The position numbers were made by a program, and so were the translations under genes. A stretch of 20,997 nt of DNA from Myxococcales bacterium. GTDB taxonomy: Bacteria; Myxococcota_A; UBA9042. The DNA lies in assembly GCA_037441385.1 (NCBI GenBank), contig JBBISH010000111.1, forward strand, positions 1 to 20,997. Direction: 5' to 3'. Below, piece by piece: positions 1-8,286 of this stretch (within the stretch, counting starts at the first letter, position 1; each line of letters begins with the position of its first letter). The notes beneath the pieces were generated by a model that had not been told where the DNA came from, searched no databases, and saw nothing but the letters and a program-made list of their open reading frames with translations.

Positions 1-1
1 G

Positions 2-3000
2 TGCAGCGACGGCAATGCCTGCACCTTGGGCGATGTCTGCGCGGCCGGCGCGTGCAAGGCCGGCACCGCCAAGACCTGCAACGACGGCAACCAGTGCACC
101 GACGACGCGTGCGACGCCGGCACGGGCAACTGCCTGAACTCGAACAACAGCGCCGCCTGCGACGACGGCAGCGCCTGCACGTTGTCCGACACGTGCGCCG
201 GCGGCACCTGCAAACCCGGCGCGGCCAAAAACTGCGCTGATACCGACACCTGCACCACCGACACCTGCAACGCCGCCGACGGAACGTGCCTGCACGCCCC
301 CATCGTCGGCTGCGGCGGCAACTGCAAAGCCGCGGCCGACTGCAACGACGGCAACCCCTGCACAGACAACCAGTGCACCACCGGCAAGTGCGCGTTCCCC
401 GCCAACACCGCCGCCTGTGACGACAACAATGCTTGTACGATCAGTGATTTGTGCTCGGGCGGCACCTGCAAGTCTGGCGCAGCCAAGGCGTGCGACGACG
501 GCAATCCGTGCACCAACGATGCTTGCGATTCGTCTACCGGCAACTGTACAAACGTCAACAACACCGCCAGCTGCAGCGACAACAACGCCTGCACGGTGGG
601 CGACGTCTGTGCCAGCGGCGCCTGCAAGGCCGGCAGCGCCAAGACCTGCAGCGACGGCAACCCCTGCACCGACGACAGCTGCGCCACCGCCACCGGCGCG
701 TGCACCAACCTGGCCAACACCGCCACCTGCACCGACAACAACGCCTGCACGGTGGGCGATGTCTGCGCCAGCGGCACCTGCAAGCCCGGCAGCGCGCTGG
801 GTTGCGACGACGGCAACATCTGCACCGTAGACGCCTGCAACCCCGCCAGCGGCTGCACCCACGGCGCCGCCACCGGCAGCTGCGACGACGGCAACAAGTG
901 CACCAGCGGCGACGTCTGCTCGGCCAGCGCCTGCAAGCCCGGCACCGCGGTGGTCTGCGACGACAATAACCCTTGTACCACCGATACTTGCGATCCAGCG
1001 GCCGGCTGCAAGTTCGCCAACAACACCGTGGCCTGCAGCGACGGCAACGCCTGCACGCTGAACGACCTCTGCGCGGCCGGAGCCTGCACCGCGGGCGCCG
1101 CCAAGGTCTGCAACGACAGCGACACCTGCACCAGCGACGCTTGCGACCCGGCCACCGGCACTTGCGTGTTCAAGGCCATCATCGGCTGCGGCGGCAACTG
1201 CGCCGTGGCGGCCGACTGCGCCGACGGCAACATCTGCACCGACGACCTGTGCAGCGCCGGCAAGTGTAAAACCATTTACAACAACGCCACTTGCAGTGAC
1301 AGCAACGCCTGCACCAGCGGCGACGTCTGCACCAGCGGCACCTGCAAGGGCGCCGGCAGCGTGCTCTGCGACGACGGCAACCCATGCACGACGGACAGCT
1401 GTAACCCGGCCAGCGGCTGCGCCTTTGCCAACAACAGCGCCACCTGCAACGACAACAACCCCTGCACCGCCAGCGACGTCTGCGCGGCCGGCAAGTGCGC
1501 CGGCACGGCATACAGCTGCGACGACGGCAAGGCCTGCACCACCGACACCTGCATGGGCAATGGCAGCTGCACCAACGCGGTCAATTCAGGTACTTGCTTG
1601 ATAGGTGGCGTGTGCTTCAACGCTGGACAGCTCAACACGGCCAACGACTGCCAAGCTTGCCTGGCTGCCAGCAACGCCGCCTGGTCGCCGCAGCCCGCCG
1701 GCACCGCGTGCAACGACAGCAACCCCTGCACGGTGGGCGAAACCTGCAACGGCGCCAGCACGTGCAAGGGCGTGGTCAACCTGGATGCCGACAAAGACGG
1801 CGTCATCGCCGCCACCGCCGTGGGCAGCGACGGCAAGACCGTGCAATGCGGCGGCCTGGACTGCAACGACGGCAACGCGGCCATCAAGCCCGGCGTCGCC
1901 GACCCGCACGACGGCTTTGCGACCACCATCGACGTGGTCGACGCGGGCGGCAACGTGGGCGCGTGGCTGGCGATGGCGGTCGATCTCACCGGCCGCTCGC
2001 ACATGGTCTGGTACAACGAGCTGTCGAAAGACTGGGAGTACGGCAGCAACAGCGGCGGCATCTGGCAAAGCGTTGTGCTAGAAAGTGCAGGCGACATCGG
2101 CAAGTACGCGGCCATCGCCCTGGACAAGGCCGGCAAGGTCCACACCGTGGCGTACTCGGTCACGGACAAGGATCTCCACTACGTCAGCAACGCCAGCGGC
2201 ACGTGGGTCAGCGAGAACGTCAGCAGCGACACGACCAACGACGTGGGCCAGTGGGCGCAAGTGGCCGTGACCAGCGACGGCAGCGTACACGTGTTGTACC
2301 TGGACGCCACCGCCAAAGTCATCCAGTACCGCAAGCGCAGCGGCGGCCAATGGGGCACCCCGGTGGCGTTGACCGCCGCCAGTACGTGGGAGGCAATCTC
2401 GCTCATCGCCGACAGCAAGGACAACCTGCATGCCGCCTGGCACGACAACGTCAAGTACGACCTGATCTACGCGATGGCGCCCGCGGGAGCCGCCTTTACC
2501 ACCCCGGTCACCGTGGACAGCGCGGGCAGTACCGGCGACCACCCGGCTTTGACGATCGACAACAACGGCCAGCCCCACATCGTCTACAGCGACGCCACCA
2601 ACCAGGACCTGAAGCACGCCTGGTTCAACGGCAGTGTGTGGACCAGCGGCAAAGCCTGGGCCGGCAGCTCGGCCTCGTACCCCGGCGACTACCGCTACGG
2701 CGCGGCCATCGACAGCAACGGCGCCCTGCACGCCTGCATGGTCAACGTCGTCTTTGACGGCATCTCGTATTCCTGGACCATTCGCCGCATCTTGGGCGCC
2801 GCCTTGCCCTTTGGCGTCAACACCAACTACCACAGCGAGCTGGTGGGCCCGAAGATGGCGCGCGCCAGCTGGTGCGCCATGGCCCGCGGCAACGACGGCA
2901 AGATCTACATGGCCACTTCGCAAATCGGCGGCGGCACCAGCACCGGCAACATCGCCCAGGCGGTCACCACCAGCGGACCCGGCTGGCGTCTCATCGACTC

Positions 3001-5056
3001 GCTCAACAACCAAGGGCAGTACGCTACCACGGCGGTCGGCAGCGACGGCACCACCTATGTCGCCTGGTACGACGCCACCGCCACCTCGCTGCGGTATGCC
3101 TGGCGCCCGGCCGGCGGGTTGTGGCAGCCCAGCTTGACCCTAGACGCCGCCAATAGCGTCGGCACCTTCCCTTCGCTGGTCGTGGCCGCCGACGGCACGG
3201 TCACCATTGCCTACTACGACGCCAGCAACACCAACTTGAAGGTCGTCAGCGGCAGCAAGAGCAGTTTTGGCGCGCCGGAAGTCGTTGATGGCGCCACACC
3301 CGCGACGGTGGCGGGCAAGTACGCGTCGCTCGCCTTGGATCCGGTCAAGGGCACCTTGGCGATCGCCTACTACGACGACAGCGCCAACGATCTGAAATTG
3401 GCTATCAAAGTCGGCTCGACCTGGTCGCTGCAGACCGTGGCCGGCGCGTCGCCCAGCAACGACACCGGCATGTACGCCGCCGCGGCCTTTGGTCCAGACA
3501 GCTTGCTTCACGTCGCCGCGCTCAACAACACCAACAATATCCTGGTGTACAACGTGGGCACGGTGGGCGCCACCGGCGTTTGGAGCGGCGGCGCCTGGCA
3601 GAACCTGGACACGCTGAACAGCCCAGGCCGCTACACCGAATTGGCGGTGGATGCCAAGGGCAATCCGGTGTTGGCGCACGTCGCCACTGGCAAGAACGAG
3701 CTGCGCGTCCTGACCAACAGCAGCAAGGGCAGCGGCACCTGGACCAGCACCGTGGTGGCCGCCAGCACGCCCAACCAGCGCCTGGGTCTGGCGATCGACG
3801 CCACCGGCAATCGCATGGTGGCGTGGCGGTCCACGGCCACCGACGCGGTGATGCTGGCTACTCAGTCACCCGGCGGCACATGGAGCAGCCAAGTCGTGGA
3901 TCCGATTGCCTCGACCGACGTTGCGTTGGCCACCGCGGGCAGCGGCGACTGGCACATCCTCTACGTCGACCCCAGCCTGTCGGCCCTGCGCGAGGCGTCG
4001 AACACATGGACCGCCTACGGCACCAACGACACCGTGCTGCTCGACACGGCGGTCGGCGCGTCGCAGACCGGCGCGGCGGTCGACGCGAGCGGCGTGGTGC
4101 ACGTGGTCTACTACGACAAGAACAACGCCTCGCTCAAACTGGCCCGGCGCATCGGCGGGGCCTGGTACCGCGCCCATTTGGACCCGGGCAGCGGCGACAC
4201 CACGGGCGACTACGCCTCGATTGCGCTTGGCGTGGACGGCACCGCCCACATCTCGTTCCACGACACGGCCAACAACGACCTGAAATACGGGCGCTTGCTC
4301 CCCTCGGGCGCCTGGCAAAGCGAGACCGTGGACAGCGCCGGCAGCATCGGCCGCTACAGCAGCATCGCGGTCGCGGCCGACGGCACGGTCCACATCGCCT
4401 ACCGCGACGACAGCAACAGCGACCTGAAGTACGCCGTGGGCAGCTACAAGTTGTGGACCGTGCAAAAAGCCGTAGACAGCTACGGCAACGTGGGCGTGTT
4501 CGCGTCGATCGCGCTGGACGGCCAGGGCCAGCCGCACATCGCCTGTGCCTACGCGTCGAGCTGGGATCTGCACTACATCTTCAAGTCCGGCGGCACGTGG
4601 CAGGCGGTGCAGGCGCCCGAAACGGTCGATTCGGTGGGCTACTACGCCTCGCTCGCGCTCGACGCCAACGGCAAAGCCCACATCGCCCACAAAGACGAAA
4701 CGACCAACAAGGTCCACTACACCACGAACAAGAGCGGCAGCTGGGTGACGACGGTGATGGCGTCGACCAGCAACGACGGCAATTACGCGTCGCTGGTCCT
4801 CAACCCCGCCGGCGGCGCCTACATCGCGTACAAGAACATCTCGACCAACGACGTGTGGATGGTCACCAACGTCTCGGGCGCGTGGGACGTGCCGTGGCTC
4901 ATCGAGGCGACCAACAACGTAGGCGACTGGCTCAGCATGGCCCAGGGCCCCGACAAGAAGCTGTACGCTTCGTACCGCGACGCCAACCTCAACGTGCTCA
5001 AGGTCGCGCGCGTCACGATCAACAACAACGTCGACGACAACTGCGACGGCTACTGA
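2..5056 (+). CDS. Giant extracellular/surface protein, 5'-truncated: tandem Cys-rich CxDGNxCTxDxC repeats, a split MopE-like metal-binding motif, and 21 beta-propeller blade repeats
   Basis: Frame is open from position 2 (CSDGNACTLGDVC...) to TGA 5054-5056 with strong GC3 bias. About 590 aa of CDDGNPCTxDxC repeats are followed by 21 repeats of about 49 aa (G.Y.S.A.D..G..HI.YYD....DLKYA....W). The start lies upstream of the window. Confidence 0.93.
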   Translation, partial: CSDGNACTLGDVCAAGACKAGTAKTCNDGNQCTDDACDAGTGNCLNSNNSAACDDGSACTLSDTCAGGTCKPGAAKNCADTDTCTTDTCNAADGTCLHAPIVGCGGNCKAAADCNDGNPCTDNQCTTGKCAFPANTAACDDNNACTISDLCSGGTCKSGAAKACDDGNPCTNDACDSSTGNCTNVNNTASCSDNNACTVGDVCASGACKAGSAKTCSDGNPCTDDSCATATGACTNLANTATCTDNNACTVGDVCASGTCKPGSALGCDDGNICTVDACNPASGCTHGAATGSCDDGNKCTSGDVCSASACKPGTAVVCDDNNPCTTDTCDPAAGCKFANNTVACSDGNACTLNDLCAAGACTAGAAKVCNDSDTCTSDACDPATGTCVFKAIIGCGGNCAVAADCADGNICTDDLCSAGKCKTIYNNATCSDSNACTSGDVCTSGTCKGAGSVLCDDGNPCTTDSCNPASGCAFANNSATCNDNNPCTASDVCAAGKCAGTAYSCDDGKACTTDTCMGNGSCTNAVNSGTCLIGGVCFNAGQLNTANDCQACLAASNAAWSPQPAGTACNDSNPCTVGETCNGASTCKGVVNLDADKDGVIAATAVGSDGKTVQCGGLDCNDGNAAIKPGVADPHDGFATTIDVVDAGGNVGAWLAMAVDLTGRSHMVWYNELSKDWEYGSNSGGIWQSVVLESAGDIGKYAAIALDKAGKVHTVAYSVTDKDLHYVSNASGTWVSENVSSDTTNDVGQWAQVAVTSDGSVHVLYLDATAKVIQYRKRSGGQWGTPVALTAASTWEAISLIADSKDNLHAAWHDNVKYDLIYAMAPAGAAFTTPVTVDSAGSTGDHPALTIDNNGQPHIVYSDATNQDLKHAWFNGSVWTSGKAWAGSSASYPGDYRYGAAIDSNGALHACMVNVVFDGISYSWTIRRILGAALPFGVNTNYHSELVGPKMARASWCAMARGNDGKIYMATSQIGGGTSTGNIAQAVTTSGPGWRLIDSLNNQGQYATTAVGSDGTTYVAWYDATATSLRYAWRPAGGLWQPSLTLDAANSVGTFPSLVVAADGTVTIAYYDASNTNLKVVSGSKSSFGAPEVVDGATPATVAGKYASLALDPVKGTLAIAYYDDSANDLKLAIKVGSTWSLQTVAGASPSNDTGMYAAAAFGPDSLLHVAALNNTNNILVYNVGTVGATGVWSGGAWQNLDTLNSPGRYTELAVDAKGNPVLAHVATGKNELRVLTNSSKGSGTWTSTVVAASTPNQRLGLAIDATGNRMVAWRSTATDAVMLATQSPGGTWSSQVVDPIASTDVALATAGSGDWHILYVDPSLSALREASNTWTAYGTNDTVLLDTAVGASQTGAAVDASGVVHVVYYDKNNASLKLARRIGGAWYRAHLDPGSGDTTGDYASIALGVDGTAHISFHDTANNDLKYGRLLPSGAWQSETVDSAGSIGRYSSIAVAADGTVHIAYRDDSNSDLKYAVGSYKLWTVQKAVDSYGNVGVFASIALDGQGQPHIACAYASSWDLHYIFKSGGTWQAVQAPETVDSVGYYASLALDANGKAHIAHKDETTNKVHYTTNKSGSWVTTVMASTSNDGNYASLVLNPAGGAYIAYKNISTNDVWMVTNVSGAWDVPWLIEATNNVGDWLSMAQGPDKKLYASYRDANLNVLKVARVTINNNVDDNCDGY

Positions 5057-6168
5057 CCGTCGACTTCGTACGCACCCGACTCGCGCAACTTGGCCACGCG
5101 GTAGCGCATCTGGTCGCGGGTCATGCCCAGCAGCTCGGCCGCCATCGCCTGGTTGCCGTGGGTGCGCTGGATCGCTTGCACCACCAGGTCCTGTTCCAGC
5201 GCAGCGATATCCAGCCCGTGCGGCGGCAGTTCGAGCAGGTGGTCTGGCCGGTGGTCCACGGCATAGAGCGGCCGGTCCGGGTGCTCGTGGTCGCAGCAGC
5301 GCGCCAGAGCCACTTGGGTGGTGGTCGCCCGCGCCGCCACGCGCGCGCCGGTCCCGGCCACGGTCAGGCTCCGGTGGCTGGACTCGGTCAGGTCAAAGTC
5401 CGACGGCCCCAGTACTGCGCCCTCGCTGAGCAATACCGCGCGCTCCACCGCATTGCGCAGCTCGCGGACGTTGCCGGGCCACGAGTGCGCTTCCAGAAAC
5501 ATCCGGGCCGCCTGGCTCAACGGCCGCACCGGGCGGTGCTCCTCGCAGGCAAAGATGCGCTGGAAGTGGTCCGTGAGCAGCGCCACATCGCCCAGCCGGT
5601 CGCGCAGTGGCGGGACCTCGATGGGGACGGCCCGCAGGCGGAAATACAAGTCTTCGCGGAAGGTTCCGGCCTGCACCGCCGCGTGAAGGTCGCGGTGCGT
5701 CGCTGCCACCACTCGCACGTCGACGCGGACGTCTTGGCCGCCGCCCACGCGCATGAAGGTGTGGTCCTCTAAAAAGCGTAGCAATTTGGCCTGCAGGGCC
5801 GGCGACATTTCGCCCACCTCGTCCAAGAAGACCGTGCCGCCGTCGGCCAACTCGAGCAGGCCGCGCTTTTGCATCTTGGCGTCGGTGAACGAGCCCTTCT
5901 CGTGACCGAACAGCTCGCTGTCCAGCAACGACTCTTGCAGTGCGGTGCACGTAATCGTCAAGAACGACCGCGTCCGCCGCTCGCTTTGCTGGTGCAGCAT
6001 CTTGGCGGCCAGGTCCTTGCCAGTCCCGCTCTCGCCGATGAGTAGCACGGTCGTTGCGTGCGACTGAGCTACTTTCAACAGCAGACTTCGCAAGTTGCGA
6101 ATGGCTGCCGACTCGCCGATCATCTCGCGTACTGGGTGAATCGGATGGAGCTGGGCAATTGCGCTCAT
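5050..6168 (-). CDS. Sigma54-dependent transcriptional activator (AAA+ domain plus Fis-type HTH) without an N-terminal sensory domain
   Basis: Walker A GESGTGKD, ELFGHEKGSFTDA (GAFTGA-like loop), Walker B VFLDEVGE, FREDLYFRL, WPGNVRELRN, and HTH GNQAMAAELLGMTRDQMRYR. ATG at 6168 has GGAGG upstream. The track's extension to 7050 does not look protein-like. Confidence 0.95.
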   Translation of the reverse strand: MSAIAQLHPIHPVREMIGESAAIRNLRSLLLKVAQSHATTVLLIGESGTGKDLAAKMLHQQSERRTRSFLTITCTALQESLLDSELFGHEKGSFTDAKMQKRGLLELADGGTVFLDEVGEMSPALQAKLLRFLEDHTFMRVGGGQDVRVDVRVVAATHRDLHAAVQAGTFREDLYFRLRAVPIEVPPLRDRLGDVALLTDHFQRIFACEEHRPVRPLSQAARMFLEAHSWPGNVRELRNAVERAVLLSEGAVLGPSDFDLTESSHRSLTVAGTGARVAARATTTQVALARCCDHEHPDRPLYAVDHRPDHLLELPPHGLDIAALEQDLVVQAIQRTHGNQAMAAELLGMTRDQMRYRVAKLRESGAYEVDGQ

Positions 6169-6525
6169 CGATCCCTCCCTGCGTGGGTGCTTGCCGCCGA
6201 CGCAGATCTCTTGTGCGAAACACCTATTGAACCCGCACGTGCCCCGTCCGACGAAGAACACCCCCGGTCGCGAACCAGCCGCGCTGTCGTTGGGGAGTCG
6301 TGCACTCGGCAAGCTAGCCCGCCAGCCCAGAACTTCAAGGCGCAGTGAAATTTGGTATGACAAACTTGTGATATTTCGCGGCGGCGGAGGCGAGGCCGAA
6401 GTCTGAGCTTGAGTGGGAATTTCCTTATGAATATGCCTTCGCGTGCAATTACATGGGCCGCTTCGAACCGCGAACCATCGCGGGACCACGCGGTGGGCGA
6501 GGCGTCCGTGCTGAGCGGCGCGGCC

Positions 6526-6558
6526 GGGAAGTTTTCCGCGGATCGCGCAAAAATCCCC
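6526..6558. promoter_or_regulatory. Candidate upstream activator sequence (imperfect inverted pair) for the sigma54 promoter
   Basis: GGGAAGTTTTCCGC-GGATC-GCGCAAAAATCCCC is an imperfect inverted repeat about 90-120 bp upstream of the -24 box, a typical enhancer distance. Confidence 0.4.
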
Positions 6559-6645
6559 ACGCACCCTGGGCCCCGGCGCACCAAGCGCGTGGTAAACTGC
6601 CAGGCAATGCAAGGTGTTTTGGGGGCTCGGTCCGGGTTTGGGGGC

Positions 6646-6662
6646 TTGGCCCAAGTCTTGCA
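6646..6662 (+). promoter_or_regulatory. Sigma54 (-24/-12) promoter
   Basis: TTGGCCCAAGTCTTGCA has exact GG-N10-GC spacing with TGGC and TTGCA boxes. It faces the 6799 gene and is divergent from a sigma54 activator. Confidence 0.75.
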
Positions 6663-6798
6663 CCCCAGCGCATCGAACTCGCGCAGGCGTCGCAAGGCCC
6701 AGGAGCTGGAGGCGCCACCGGTGCGGGGCAGCTGGGAGTGCGGACTTGCCGTCACCCTTGGTCGGCACGCCGCCCCCAAACAGCCATCGGAGGGTACC

Positions 6799-7035
6799 AT
6801 GTCCGAAGAAAATCCTATCATCAAGCCAGAACGGCAAGGTCTTTGGACGGCTGCGGCCTTTACGCTCGCCTTGCTCGGCTTGGTGGCGGCGATGGCCGGC
6901 GTGTTCCGCGTGTACGAGCTCACCTACCTGACCCAGGCGGAATTCGTCCTGCTGAACCAGAAGATTGCCGATCTGCAGGCCCAGCACCCGGTGGCGCCGG
7001 GCGGGCCGGCTGCGCCGACGGCGCCCGTCAAGTAG
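6799..7035 (+). CDS. Small (78 aa) single-TM membrane protein with a short coiled-coil, function unknown
   Basis: GGAGG RBS before ATG 6799, hydrophobic stretch LWTAAAFTLALLGLVAAMAGVF, amphipathic LLNQKIADLQAQ, host-like codon usage. Confidence 0.8.
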   Translation: MSEENPIIKPERQGLWTAAAFTLALLGLVAAMAGVFRVYELTYLTQAEFVLLNQKIADLQAQHPVAPGGPAAPTAPVK

Positions 7036-7155
7036 CCCCCTCTGCCGCACTCATGGAGCGCCCAGGCACGCTGGCCGGCCTGTGGGCCCGAACTGTGGAC
7101 CCGGCCTGACCTGCGCGCCCGCGCCGCCGCTAGGCCCGGCTGCAATACCGGCTGA

Positions 7156-7287
7156 TACGAACCCCGTCTGATTCACGCCTGTACGGCTTCTCTGACCCGG
7201 TCTGCAACCGGCGAGAATCAGGCGGGGACCCCGGTTCGGGCCCGAAGAATTGCCCGAGTCTTCGATCCGATTCGGACGGAACTGGTA
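7156..7287 (-). repeat. 132-bp dispersed MITE/ERIC-like element, copy A (full length)
   Basis: Reverse complement aligns without gaps to 10344-10475 and 19474-19605. Flanked by TGA on both sides (7153-7155 and 7288-7290). Confidence 0.92.
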
Positions 7288-7423
7288 TGAAGTGTCGGCT
7301 GCAGCACCGGCCCGCCGGTTTGGTCCACGGATCGGCTGCAATTGACTGCAGCGCCGGCTGCGGTGTACACCCAAACCGCCGCGATAGGTCGCGCAACGGG
7401 CCTCGCAATGCGGTGGAGCGGGC

Positions 7424-8170
7424 ATGACCGACGGGCATTCGCAGCACAAGCCGCGCCGCACGGGCACCGGCGGCCTAGAGATTCGCGAGATGGAGATCGG
7501 CGATCTGGCGGCCGTATACGAGTTGGGCGAGCAACTGTTCACGGCCGAGCGATGGCCTGCGCTCTACCGCACTTGGGACGCCTACGAACTGGCGGTCCAC
7601 TTTGCGTCGGATAGCGAGATGTGCCTGGTGGCCGAATACCAGGACAAGGTGGTGGGCTTTGCCGTGGGCACGATGCTGGAAAAGCGCGGCTCGGCTTGGA
7701 CCTATGGCCACCTGCTGTGGCTGGGCGTGGACCCCAACGCGGGCCGCAAGGGCATCGGCGGCAAGCTGACCGCCCACCTGCAAGAGATCTTCATCGAAAT
7801 GGGCGCGCGCATGATCCTGGTCGACACCGACGCGGACAATGCGACGGCGATTGGCTTTTTCAAGCGCGCCGGGTTCGACGACGACAGCGCCCATGTGTAC
7901 TTGTCCAAAAACCTGACCTATGACCCGCAGTACATCGAGTTCCACAAGAAGGGCCGGGTGGCCGATCGCCCAGGCGGGGTGCGGCGGGCCATCCGCCGGG
8001 CGGCCGAGCTGCGCCTGGCCGAGCAACGGCAAGCCGACGTGAAGGCTGCGGAATTGCGCGCTGCCGACCAGAAAGCCGCGGAACGCAAGGGCGCCGACAA
8101 GCACGGTCGCGCGAGCACGCCCGCACCCGCCAAACCGGGCAAGCCCAGCGCGGATGGGGAATCCGTCTGA
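7424..8170 (+). CDS. GNAT family N-acetyltransferase with a charged low-complexity C-terminal tail
   Basis: IREMEIGDL N-terminus, CLVAEYQDKVVGF, acetyl-CoA motif LGVDPNAGRKGIG, NATAIGFFKRAGF; GGAG RBS. Confidence 0.92.
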   Translation: MTDGHSQHKPRRTGTGGLEIREMEIGDLAAVYELGEQLFTAERWPALYRTWDAYELAVHFASDSEMCLVAEYQDKVVGFAVGTMLEKRGSAWTYGHLLWLGVDPNAGRKGIGGKLTAHLQEIFIEMGARMILVDTDADNATAIGFFKRAGFDDDSAHVYLSKNLTYDPQYIEFHKKGRVADRPGGVRRAIRRAAELRLAEQRQADVKAAELRAADQKAAERKGADKHGRASTPAPAKPGKPSADGESV

Positions 8171-8286
8171 ATCGGCTAGAAACATCCGGCAATTCTTCTT
8201 GCCCGAACCGGGGTATCCGGTTAATTCTCGCCAGTTGCGCAACAGGTCAGAGAAGGCGTACCGGCGCGAATCAGGTGGGGTGGGTA
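8155..8286 (+). repeat. 132-bp element, copy B (diverged, first few bases eroded)
   Basis: TCCGTCTGAATCGG...GCCCGAACCGGGGT...ATTCTCGCCAGTTGC...GAATCAGGTGGGGTGGGTA is colinear with the other copies and fills the GNAT-M20 gap. Confidence 0.88.

Noticed and set aside
5050..5056. 7-bp convergent overlap of stop regions with no terminator
   Set aside because: Real but common in GC-rich genomes; no sign of special function.
3580..5772. 730-aa + strand ORF
   Set aside because: Off-frame shadow of the giant gene and antisense to the activator; Arg/Gly-rich with no motifs, a typical GC3-bias artefact.
6347..6360. GAAATTTGGTATGA as another end of the 132-bp element
   Set aside because: Only the terminal TGGTATGA matches; adjacent sequence does not align.
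6169..7050. N-terminal ~294 aa of the 666-aa minus ORF as a sensory domain
   Set aside because: Not protein-like, overlaps the sigma54 promoter and the 6799 gene, and a good RBS plus ATG sits at 6168.
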